Of a stretch of DNA of 41,589 nt, positions 31,303 to 38,587 are shown in pieces; position 1 is the stretch's first letter; every line of letters starts with the position of its first letter. The position numbers and the translations under genes are program-made. The notes below the pieces were generated by a model. It saw nothing but the letters and a program-made list of their open reading frames with translations, did no database searches and had not been told where the DNA came from. This stretch comes from Thermoplasmata archaeon (GTDB taxonomy: Archaea; Thermoplasmatota; Thermoplasmata; RBG-16-68-12; JAJISG01): positions 1 through 41,589 of the forward strand of contig JAZFPV010000034.1 in assembly GCA_036444795.1 (NCBI GenBank). Reading direction: 5' to 3'.

Positions 31303-31614
31303 ATGCCTGGTTGCCCCACCTGCGGTGCGGAGCTCACCTACCTCGAGCCTTACGCACGCAGTTACTGCCATCACTGCCGGGCCTATGCCCCGGAGGAGAT
31401 CGTTCCCTGCGGCGCATGCGGCAGGGTGCTCGTCTATGTCACGGAGCACGGTCTCTACTATTGCTACGGCTGCCAAGAGTACAAGCAGGGCGCTCACCTC
31501 GCGGATCGGCCCTGTCCGAGATGCGGAAGAGAACTCCTCTTCGTTGCCGAGTACGAACGGCTCTTCTGCACCCGCTGCAACGTATACGCTCCGACAGACC
31601 CGCAACCCACCTGA
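31303..31614 (+). CDS. Small protein made of three tandem Zn-ribbon modules
   Basis: 103 aa from the ATG at 31303 (GGTGA 5 nt upstream). Modules: CPTCGAELTYLEPYARSYCHHCRAYAP / CGACGRVLVYVTEHGLYYCYGCQEY / CPRCGRELLFVAEYERLFCTRCNVYAP. Confidence 0.6.
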   Translation: MPGCPTCGAELTYLEPYARSYCHHCRAYAPEEIVPCGACGRVLVYVTEHGLYYCYGCQEYKQGAHLADRPCPRCGRELLFVAEYERLFCTRCNVYAPTDPQPT

Positions 31615-31632
31615 CAGGACAGGAGGCAAAAC

Positions 31633-32343
31633 TTGACGGAAACGACAGGAACCGTGACGGGCTTTGCCCCCTTCTCGCGCGAAGAGATGGACCTGGCATC
31701 CAAGGATCAGCTCATCCGCTGGTCTAAGGAGTACGGGCTGGACGAGGGCGGAATGAAGTACGAGCTTCGCCTTCGACTCCTCGAGTACATCCGGCGGCAG
31801 GGACTCCTGCTCAAGGGAGAAGAGCCTCTCGAGGAGGAGTCGGCCGCCTCCTCCGACGGCGAGGCAATGGCCGCGGTACCAACCCCTCCCCCGGAGCCGG
31901 CGAGCGGAGGGAGGGAGGCGGGCCAGGTCGTCGTGGAACTCCCGGCGGAGTCCGCTTCAGCGGAATCGCCAGGGGCTTGCACAAACTGCGGCGGGGAGCT
32001 CAGCTACATCGCCGAATATGAGCGCTGGTACTGCTACAACTGCGACACGTACGCAGGTTCCCCCGCCGGAGGCGGGGGTGACATGGCTTCGGAATCTTCC
32101 CGCGCGATCTCACACCGCAGGCCAAGTGGAAAGGGAGGAGCCGGCGCGGGCATTGCCCTGGCTCTTGCGGGCGTCCTCATGTTCCTCGTGTATCAAATCC
32201 TCTTCGTCGCACCCGGCCTCTTCCCGATTCCTGTCTTCGTCACGGTGGCCCCCGAGGTCCTCTTCGCCCTCCCCCTCGTCGCTTTCGTCCTCCTTGGCGT
32301 CGGGGTAATCGCCGGTCTCCGAGGTCTGGGTCAGCGCGCGTGA
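31633..32343 (+). CDS. Membrane-anchored protein: N-terminal SAP/HeH-like motif, acidic/Pro linker, one Zn-ribbon module, two C-terminal TM helices
   Basis: SAP-like KDQLIRWSKEYGLDEGGMKYELRLRLLEYI; Zn ribbon CTNCGGELSYIAEYERWYCYNCDTYA; hydrophobic segments GAGIALALAGVLMFLVYQILFV and VLFALPLVAFVLLGVGVIAGL. TTG start at 31633. Confidence 0.6.
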   Translation: MTETTGTVTGFAPFSREEMDLASKDQLIRWSKEYGLDEGGMKYELRLRLLEYIRRQGLLLKGEEPLEEESAASSDGEAMAAVPTPPPEPASGGREAGQVVVELPAESASAESPGACTNCGGELSYIAEYERWYCYNCDTYAGSPAGGGGDMASESSRAISHRRPSGKGGAGAGIALALAGVLMFLVYQILFVAPGLFPIPVFVTVAPEVLFALPLVAFVLLGVGVIAGLRGLGQRA

Positions 32344-33392
32344 AGGTTTTAACGGCCCGGCCGCTAGCGCGGTGGATGACGGAGCTGACTGCCCTCATCG
32401 AGGAAACTCGGGCTACACGGCCCCACGACCCTACGCAGTACATCTCCGCCTGGACGGAACGAGAGCTTCTCGATGGGAACGTGGTGGACGCCTTTGTCCT
32501 CATCTTGCGAACCAAGGGGTGCTATTGGGCCCGGAAGAGCGGCTGCTCCATGTGTGGGTACGTGAGCGATGGGTTTGTCAACGTGTCGGAGAAGGATCTC
32601 CTGACGCAGTGGGCCGCGGCCCTCGAGGCGTATCAGGGTCAGCCCGTCGTGAAGTTGTACAACTCGGGCAACTTCTTCGACCCCAGTGAGATCCCTGCGG
32701 CGGCCCGCAGGCGCATCCTGGGAGACCTGGGAGATCGTTGCCAGAAGGTGGTGGTGGAGAACCTGCCACAGCTTGTTCGGGCGCCCCTGTTAGAGGAGGC
32801 CCTCAGCCTCTGTCCGCGCTTTGAGGTAGCCATCGGCCTCGAGACGGCCAGCGATTACCTCCGAGACCACACAGTCAGCAAGGATTTCACGTTCGCACAA
32901 TACGAGGAGGCCGTCCAAGTCGCGCACACAGCGGGGGTCTCCGTGAAGACCTACCTTCTGTTCAAACCTCCCTTCCTCTCCGAACGGGCGGCCCTGCGCG
33001 ACACGATCGCGTCCGTCCGGGCAATCGACGGGCTTTCGGACACCATCTCCATCAACCCGACGAACGTCCAGAGGGACACCCTCGTGGATCGGTTGTACCG
33101 AAGGGGCGAGTATCGCCCTCCCTGGCTCTGGTCTTTGGTCGAAGTACTAAAGGCCGTTCGCGGGGCGGAATCCCGGATCCTATCGAAACCCACGGGAGGC
33201 GGCCATCATCGGGGAACGCACAACTGCGGGCACTGCGACGCCGTGGTCTTGCAGGCCGTCGAGGACTACTCCTTGCAGCGGGAGGATTGGCTCGATGAGC
33301 CGACATGCACCTGCAGGGAGGATTGGGACACGTACCTTCGGATCGAGGAACTTGGCCGTTCGTCCGTGGACCTGGATCGGTTCCTCGCCTGA
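32340..33392 (+). CDS. Radical SAM-type Fe-S protein, COG1244/TIGR01210-like (family that I recall includes the archaeosine-synthesis partner RaSEA)
   Basis: Cys triad GCYWARKSGCSMCGY (C-x8-C-x2-C) near the N-terminus, in a ~350-aa TIM-barrel-sized protein. The GTG start overlaps the upstream stop (GTGA). Confidence 0.65.
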   Translation: MKVLTARPLARWMTELTALIEETRATRPHDPTQYISAWTERELLDGNVVDAFVLILRTKGCYWARKSGCSMCGYVSDGFVNVSEKDLLTQWAAALEAYQGQPVVKLYNSGNFFDPSEIPAAARRRILGDLGDRCQKVVVENLPQLVRAPLLEEALSLCPRFEVAIGLETASDYLRDHTVSKDFTFAQYEEAVQVAHTAGVSVKTYLLFKPPFLSERAALRDTIASVRAIDGLSDTISINPTNVQRDTLVDRLYRRGEYRPPWLWSLVEVLKAVRGAESRILSKPTGGGHHRGTHNCGHCDAVVLQAVEDYSLQREDWLDEPTCTCREDWDTYLRIEELGRSSVDLDRFLA

Positions 33393-33403
33393 AGACGTTC
33401 GAA

Positions 33404-33413
33404 GCCTTTTTCC
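33404..33413 (+). terminator. Oligo-T tract (CCTTTTTCCC) 12 nt after the radical-SAM gene stop
   Basis: A T5 run at 33407-33411. Archaeal intrinsic terminators are oligo-T tracts. Confidence 0.3.
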
Positions 33414-33440
33414 CGAGTCTCGCCTTGGCCCCACGATTCC

Positions 33441-33740
33441 ATGCGGGCCTACGGCATCAAGCGTGGCCACGGCAAGACCCTGGAGGGAGACGGGCTCCTG
33501 ACCATCCTCCAGGACTGTTACGACTCTGTTTCGAAGGAAAACGCGGGATTCCTCGTTCGTCACGGGGCGATCCACGAGATGAGGGTCTGGGTGGAGGGTA
33601 ACCAGCTGCACGTGGACATGAGCATGAACCCAGGAGTCGACGACGCGACGGCGGCGGACACGATCCGGGCCCACAACGCCTTCCTCGAACGCGCGACGGG
33701 CTTCAACTCCAAACAGCGTCGGAGTCGAATGAAGAAGTAA
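33441..33740 (+). CDS. Conserved-looking small hypothetical protein (99 aa)
   Basis: Clean ATG ORF with protein-like composition and a basic C-terminal tail (KQRRSRMKK). No family recognised with confidence. Confidence 0.5.
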   Translation: MRAYGIKRGHGKTLEGDGLLTILQDCYDSVSKENAGFLVRHGAIHEMRVWVEGNQLHVDMSMNPGVDDATAADTIRAHNAFLERATGFNSKQRRSRMKK

Positions 33741-33801
33741 GCGAAGAACGGAAGCTCTGAGCGCTGTCATCTCTATGTAGGTCCGGGCGCCTAGAACGAA
33801 C

Positions 33802-34698
33802 GTGGACCTGCTCCCGAACCTGGGCGACCCGAAAGACCCCAAGATACGTGCCCGGTACGGGTACCTCCAGTCGGGCGTTTCGATTGGGGTGAACCTCTCC
33901 CTGTTCGCCACGAAGCTGATCCTGTGGTCCGCGTTGGGGAGCATCGCCGTCCTTACGGACGCTTTCAACGGGCTGGGGGACGTGGCGATCTCGGCAACGA
34001 TCCTCCTCACCTTCCGCTACGCCAGCCTCGAAGCGGATGAAGCGCACCCTTTCGGCCACGGGAGACTGGAACAGATCGCCGCCGTCATCGTGGCGGCCTT
34101 CCTGATTTTCATCGCCGTCCTCCTCGTCATTCAATCCGCGTTCGAGTTGGTCGATCCGACGGTGCAGGGGAGCCTGGTGCTCGCCCTCGTCCTGGCCGTG
34201 TTGGCGGGGGTCAAGGAACTCCTCGCCCGCTTTTCTTTTGCCATCGCCCGGCGGCTGGACAGCGACGCCCTCCGCGCGGATGCGTGGAACCACCGGTACG
34301 ATGCGTTGCTGACGGCATCCATCGCCCTTGCAATCTACCTGGTCAGCCTGACGCCGTCCCTACAGATCCTGGATCCCATCTTCGGGATTCTCGTCTCCCT
34401 GTTCATCGTCTATACGGGAGCCAGCCTTCTGTGGACGTCCGGAGAAAGACTCCTGGGTCGCGCCCCGAGCCCGGCCGTCCTGAGGCGAATTGTGGAACTA
34501 ACCCACGCGGTGCCCGGCGTACGCCGGTGTCACGACATCTCGATTCACGATTACGGGACGCAGCGAGCGATCTCCCTTACCATTCAGGTCGGGGGCGACC
34601 TGACCGTCGAAGAGGCGCACGGCATCGCGACCGAGGTCAAACGGGTCGTCAACCGGGAGCTGGGAGCGGAGACGACCGTGCATGTGGAGCCGCCGTGA
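33802..34698 (+). CDS. Cation diffusion facilitator (CDF) family divalent-metal efflux transporter
   Basis: Six TM helices with LTDAFNGLGD and HPFGHGRLE motifs, plus a C-terminal cytoplasmic domain (HDISIHDYG...TVHVEP). Confidence 0.85.
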   Translation: MDLLPNLGDPKDPKIRARYGYLQSGVSIGVNLSLFATKLILWSALGSIAVLTDAFNGLGDVAISATILLTFRYASLEADEAHPFGHGRLEQIAAVIVAAFLIFIAVLLVIQSAFELVDPTVQGSLVLALVLAVLAGVKELLARFSFAIARRLDSDALRADAWNHRYDALLTASIALAIYLVSLTPSLQILDPIFGILVSLFIVYTGASLLWTSGERLLGRAPSPAVLRRIVELTHAVPGVRRCHDISIHDYGTQRAISLTIQVGGDLTVEEAHGIATEVKRVVNRELGAETTVHVEPP

Positions 34699-34713
34699 GC
34701 AGAACCGAGGGGT

Positions 34714-34724
34714 CAGAAAAAGTC
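34714..34724 (-). terminator. Oligo-T tract (T5 on the minus strand) ~60 nt downstream of the P1 gene, in the convergent spacer
   Basis: The plus strand reads CAGAAAAAGTC (A-run 34717-34721). This would terminate the ftsZ-to-P1 ribosomal cluster. Confidence 0.35.
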
Positions 34725-34781
34725 CTGCGGTCCAGTCGGGGCTGACGCTACCCAACGAGGAAGCTCGAGGGCCCTGGGGGC

Positions 34782-35099
34782 CTACATGCCGAAGAGGGCG
34801 CCAAGGCCGGCGGCGGCCTCCTCCTCGCTGACCTCTTCCTCTTGCTTCTTCTTCTTTTCCTTCTTGTCCTTCGGCTTCTTCTCCTCCGGCGTGGGCGCGG
34901 GGGCCACAGGGGCCACGGGGGCGGCGACGGCCCCTTTGATGGCCTCCTCGATGTCGACGTCCTCGAGGGACGCCGCGAGCGCCTTGAGGCGGGCGTCGTT
35001 GGGCTTCAGGCCCGCCGCCTTCAGGACACTCTTCAGGTTGGCCTCGTTGACCTCCTGCCCTGCGGCGTGGAGGAGCATGGCGCCGTAGATGTATTCCAT
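34782..35099 (-). CDS. rpl12: Ribosomal stalk protein P1 (L12e)
   Basis: 105 aa from the internal ATG at 35099 (MEYIYGAMLLHAAGQEVNE...) with the stalk tail EEEAAAGLGALFGM. GGAGGTGA lies upstream. Confidence 0.85.
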   Translation of the reverse strand: MEYIYGAMLLHAAGQEVNEANLKSVLKAAGLKPNDARLKALAASLEDVDIEEAIKGAVAAPVAPVAPAPTPEEKKPKDKKEKKKKQEEEVSEEEAAAGLGALFGM

Positions 35100-35118
35100 A
35101 CGTTCACCTCCTCGATCT

Positions 35119-36144
35119 TCATCCAAAGAGGGAGCTGAGGCCTGCAGCGGCCTCCTCCTCGTCGTCCGCTCCCTCCTCCTTCTCTTTCTGCTTCTTCTCC
35201 TTCTTAGGGGCCTTCTCGGGCGGGGTCTCCGCCTCCGAGGGTCCCTCCTCCACTGGGGGCGTCCCCAGGCGGGCCTTCAACTCGTCATCCAAGGCCTCGG
35301 GGACGTGACTCGCCAGGGCGGTCATCCGGGCATGGGCCTCCGATAGGAGGCGGGGCAGCACCTCGTCCACGGGATACTGCGCGGCCAAGGCCAGGGCGAG
35401 GGCCCGTTCTTGGGCACGGCCCAAGAGGGCAGGCGTCGTTTCGCGGGTCGGGTACGCCATTCGGAGGGCAAGCCCGTAGGCCTGCGAGGCCGCGGTGGCA
35501 AGGTCGTTTCGGAACCCCTCCTCGTCTAGGGCGAGGTGTTCGGGGGTGTAAAGTTGACCGTCCTCGAGGACCCCTCGCAGGTCGAGACCCACGGTCAGGG
35601 GGAGGATCTCCATTCGCGTAAGGACCCGGGCGACCTCAGGCCGAATTTTCTGGCCCGCCTCGACGAGGACCTTGTCCTTCTTGATGACCACCTTCCCCCG
35701 CTCGATGGCGGCCGGGATGCCGGCCTTCTGCAAGTCTCCCACGATCGGGCCCGGTTTGAAGGGCGTGTCGCCCGCCCGGACCACGATGTCCTCCTGGGCG
35801 ATCTCTCCGCCTCGTGCCGGCGCCTGGATCTTGGTGGCCTCGAGATCCTTGTAGAGGCGAAAGGGATTCTCCTCCGTAGCAACGACGGCGGTGGGACCGG
35901 TGAGAAATCCCTCGAGCCCCGCAATACCTGACCTCTCCGGGGCCATCGTGTCGAGGGCCCGCTGAAGCAGCCGGTTCTTGGTTATGCGGAATTCAACCGT
36001 CCCCCGAAGACGAGCCCGGATTTGTTGCATCTGCGGGGCCGGAATCCCCTCGATGCCGGCAAGGCCGATAACCCTAGCCTGGGTCAGCCAGGCAGCCAGC
36101 TCCCGCACCGCGGCCGCCTTTGGGTGCTCCGTGGCTTCCGCCAT
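35119..36144 (-). CDS. rpl10: Ribosomal stalk protein P0 (L10)
   Basis: 341 aa with the C-terminal K/E-rich tail and AAAGLSSLFG. The ATG overlaps the L1 stop (TGATG). Confidence 0.9.
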   Translation of the reverse strand: MAEATEHPKAAAVRELAAWLTQARVIGLAGIEGIPAPQMQQIRARLRGTVEFRITKNRLLQRALDTMAPERSGIAGLEGFLTGPTAVVATEENPFRLYKDLEATKIQAPARGGEIAQEDIVVRAGDTPFKPGPIVGDLQKAGIPAAIERGKVVIKKDKVLVEAGQKIRPEVARVLTRMEILPLTVGLDLRGVLEDGQLYTPEHLALDEEGFRNDLATAASQAYGLALRMAYPTRETTPALLGRAQERALALALAAQYPVDEVLPRLLSEAHARMTALASHVPEALDDELKARLGTPPVEEGPSEAETPPEKAPKKEKKQKEKEEGADDEEEAAAGLSSLFG

Positions 36145-36782
36145 CAGACCACCTTCACGGCAGGTCCCATCGTCGTCTTCACGTAAACGGACCCGATGTT
36201 CATCCGACCCCTGGGCAGCCGGGCTTCCACGCGCTTCAGAATCGTCTCCAGGTTCTCCGCCAGGTCCTCGGGTTTCATGTCCCGGGTCCCCACCGCGGCG
36301 TGAAAGGTGGGGCGGTCCTTGGAACGCAGACGCACGCCCCTCTTCAGATTCCGGATGACCCGGACGGGATCCCCACCCGGCGGGAGGGGACGGGGCATTT
36401 TCCCCCGGGGGCCCAAGACGGTCCCGAGGCGCCGACCTATGGCGGGCATCAGGGGAGCTTCGGCGACAAAGAAGTCGTGGTTCTGGGCCAGGTCCTTGGC
36501 CTTAGCCTTGTCTTCTGCCAGGGCTTCGATGTCCTCCGGGCCGATGATGGCGTCGGCCGCATCCCGCGCCTTCACGGCCATCTCCCCGCTTGCGAACACA
36601 GCGACCTTCACGTCGCGGCCTCGGCCCTTTGGAAGGATAATCTCTTCCTCAATGCGATTCGAAGGAACGCTTAGGTCGACGTCCCGTAGGTTGATGGCGA
36701 CCTCGACGCTCTCGGTAAAGTTTCGGGGCTTCGCCTGCTCCAAGGCCTTCTGAATGCCTTCGATAAACCCCTGTTCTGCCAA
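36144..36782 (-). CDS. rpl1: Ribosomal protein L1
   Basis: 212 aa; NFTESVEVAINLRDVD...GRRLGTVLGPRGKMP is typical of L1. TTG start at 36782. Confidence 0.9.
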   Translation of the reverse strand: MAEQGFIEGIQKALEQAKPRNFTESVEVAINLRDVDLSVPSNRIEEEIILPKGRGRDVKVAVFASGEMAVKARDAADAIIGPEDIEALAEDKAKAKDLAQNHDFFVAEAPLMPAIGRRLGTVLGPRGKMPRPLPPGGDPVRVIRNLKRGVRLRSKDRPTFHAAVGTRDMKPEDLAENLETILKRVEARLPRGRMNIGSVYVKTTMGPAVKVV

Positions 36783-36845
36783 CGCGATCCCTCTGTAGTC
36801 CCTGCGGCCTGCGCCTCCTACAGGGTTCTCGAACTAGCGAGTAGG

Positions 36846-36862
36846 CGATAATAAGCTTTTGG
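36846..36862 (-). promoter_or_regulatory. BRE/TATA-like element (CCAAAAGCTTATTATC on the minus strand) in the L11-L1 spacer; internal promoter of the L1-P0-P1 unit
   Basis: The only AT-rich segment in the 154-nt spacer, ~65-80 nt upstream of the L1 TTG. It would give a ~40-nt structured leader. Confidence 0.4.
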
Positions 36863-36936
36863 CGAGGGTTGGCCACCCCGGGGGGGAGCCTCGTCCGGCT
36901 ACTGAAGGCCGCGAGCCCCTGGAGGACGTCCGTATC

Positions 36937-37413
36937 TCAATCCGGGAAACGCCGATCGTGCAGACCCTCTTTCACCTCAGCCTGGATCTCCCGAGGCTCT
37001 TTGTTCTCTACGGTGACCCCGATTGAGACGCAGGATCCCAAGACTTCGAGGGTCTTTCCCTTGAGGTCGGCGCCCAGGGTTCCGTCGAACTTCATTTGGG
37101 CCACCTCGACGACCTGCACCAGGGTGAGGTTGCCCACGGGTTCGGTCCGAGGATTGCCGGACCCCTTCTCCAAGCCCGCCGCCTTGAGGAGCAGGGCGGA
37201 GGTCGTGGGGGTGCCCACCTCCAAATCAAAGGTGCCCTCGGTCGGGTCCACGAGAATCTTTACAGGGACTTTCATCCCGTCGAAGGCGGCCGTCCGTTCG
37301 TTCACCGCCTCCACCACCTGGAGGATGTTCATCCCGAGCGGACCCAGGGCGGGGCCGAGGGGCGGACCGGCCGTGGCCTTGCCGCCCTCTACGAGGACGT
37401 TGATGGTCTCCAC
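36937..37413 (-). CDS. rpl11: Ribosomal protein L11
   Basis: 158 aa; GGKATAGPPLGPALGPLGMN is the L11 N-terminal signature. The start directly abuts the spt5 stop. Confidence 0.9.
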   Translation of the reverse strand: METINVLVEGGKATAGPPLGPALGPLGMNILQVVEAVNERTAAFDGMKVPVKILVDPTEGTFDLEVGTPTTSALLLKAAGLEKGSGNPRTEPVGNLTLVQVVEVAQMKFDGTLGADLKGKTLEVLGSCVSIGVTVENKEPREIQAEVKEGLHDRRFPD

Positions 37414-38325
37414 TTAGCTCGTCTCCTTCTCTAGGACCCGCACGTGGTCCCCCCGGATCGTCACGGGAATGGGGACCATGGCCTCGAAGAGTTCCACGGT
37501 AATCTCTTCCTTGGCCTCATCGATGTGCATGACCCGGGCTTTTTCTCCCTTGAAGGGACCCGAGATGAGCTCGACGATGTTCCCTTCCATCATCCCAGAG
37601 ACCAGAGGCTTAGGCTCGAGGAAGTGGTCGATCTCGTCCAGGCTCGTGTCCCCTTGGACCAGGCCCCGGGCGCGTCGGATGCCCTTGACCATCTGCTGGA
37701 GCTTCTCCGCGTTCAAGACCTCGACGAAGACGTACCCTCGCATGGTCGTTGGGGAGAGGATGGAGTAGATCCCCACATCCCCTGACTTCGCTCGGGACGC
37801 GATCGAGTCTGCCACGGCCCGCTCGTAGCCAATGGAGGTCTTTACGGCCATGACGGCCTGCTTCGTGCCCGTGGAGAGGGTGATGGCATCCGTGACGGCC
37901 GGGTCCTCCTGGGATGTGAGGGTGACGATGACGTTGAGACGGTCCCCGTACTGGGCGCCGCGGGGGGCAGTAACGGAGAGGGTGATGTTCTTGGAGGCCC
38001 CCTGCTTCAGGGTCATCTCCTTCTCATAGACCCCCGTGAAGGTGAGATCCCACACCTTGGGTTCGACGCCCGTCACCTTGATGATCCAGTCCGAGGGCTC
38101 CGAGACGTCGGAACCGGCGACGAGGTCCACCTTGAGGATCGGCACCTCGTTCCGATTCCCGACGTTCTCCACCACGAGGGGGTAGTCCACGTTCACCCCG
38201 GCGGTGACGATGGCCTTCGCCTCCCCCTCCCGGAGGCCGATACGGAGGCCGTGCTTGACGATGAGGGGCTCTTCTCTGCCCTCCTTGGGAGCATCCTCCG
38301 GACGGACTTCGTCGAACAGGCCCAC
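37414..38325 (-). CDS. spt5: Transcription elongation factor Spt5 (NGN + KOW) carrying a ~155-aa N-terminal beta-rich extension
   Basis: Residues ~159-303 (MAVKTSIGYERAVADSIASRAK...GPFKGEKARVMHIDEAKEEITVELFEAMVPIPVTIRGDHV) align with my recollection of M. jannaschii Spt5, which is ~150 aa. Residues 1-158 are in the same frame with no stop codon. Confidence 0.8.
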   Translation of the reverse strand: MGLFDEVRPEDAPKEGREEPLIVKHGLRIGLREGEAKAIVTAGVNVDYPLVVENVGNRNEVPILKVDLVAGSDVSEPSDWIIKVTGVEPKVWDLTFTGVYEKEMTLKQGASKNITLSVTAPRGAQYGDRLNVIVTLTSQEDPAVTDAITLSTGTKQAVMAVKTSIGYERAVADSIASRAKSGDVGIYSILSPTTMRGYVFVEVLNAEKLQQMVKGIRRARGLVQGDTSLDEIDHFLEPKPLVSGMMEGNIVELISGPFKGEKARVMHIDEAKEEITVELFEAMVPIPVTIRGDHVRVLEKETS

Positions 38326-38335
38326 GCCTTCCCCC

Positions 38336-38572
38336 CTACGGGAACAGGCCCTGCAGCAGCTTCGGGAGCTCCGTGGCCATGAGGAAGATGCCGAAGCCGA
38401 GGCCCCCCAGCAGCAGGAGGCCGATGCCCGTAATCTGGAGGGTCTTGTTGAATTCTTCCGAGGTGGGCTTCCGAGCCATCCGCAGGACCCGGCCGTACTT
38501 CCCTCGGCCCAGCCGCTTGGCCCGCTCCTCGACGCGCTTTTGGAATTCCCATGCGCGGTCTACGATGTCCAT
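38336..38572 (-). CDS. secE: Protein translocase subunit SecE (Sec61 gamma)
   Basis: 78 aa with a basic N-terminal region, KPTSEEFNKT and a single C-terminal TM (ITGIGLLLLGGLGFGIFLMA). Conserved position upstream of spt5. Confidence 0.75.
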   Translation of the reverse strand: MDIVDRAWEFQKRVEERAKRLGRGKYGRVLRMARKPTSEEFNKTLQITGIGLLLLGGLGFGIFLMATELPKLLQGLFP

Positions 38573-38587
38573 CCGCCTTCAACCAGC

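Noticed and set aside
33180-34010. 276-aa minus-strand ORF between the radical SAM and CDF genes.
   Set aside because: It overlaps three plus-strand ORFs, including the motif-supported radical SAM C-terminus and CDF N-terminus, and I recognised no motifs in it.
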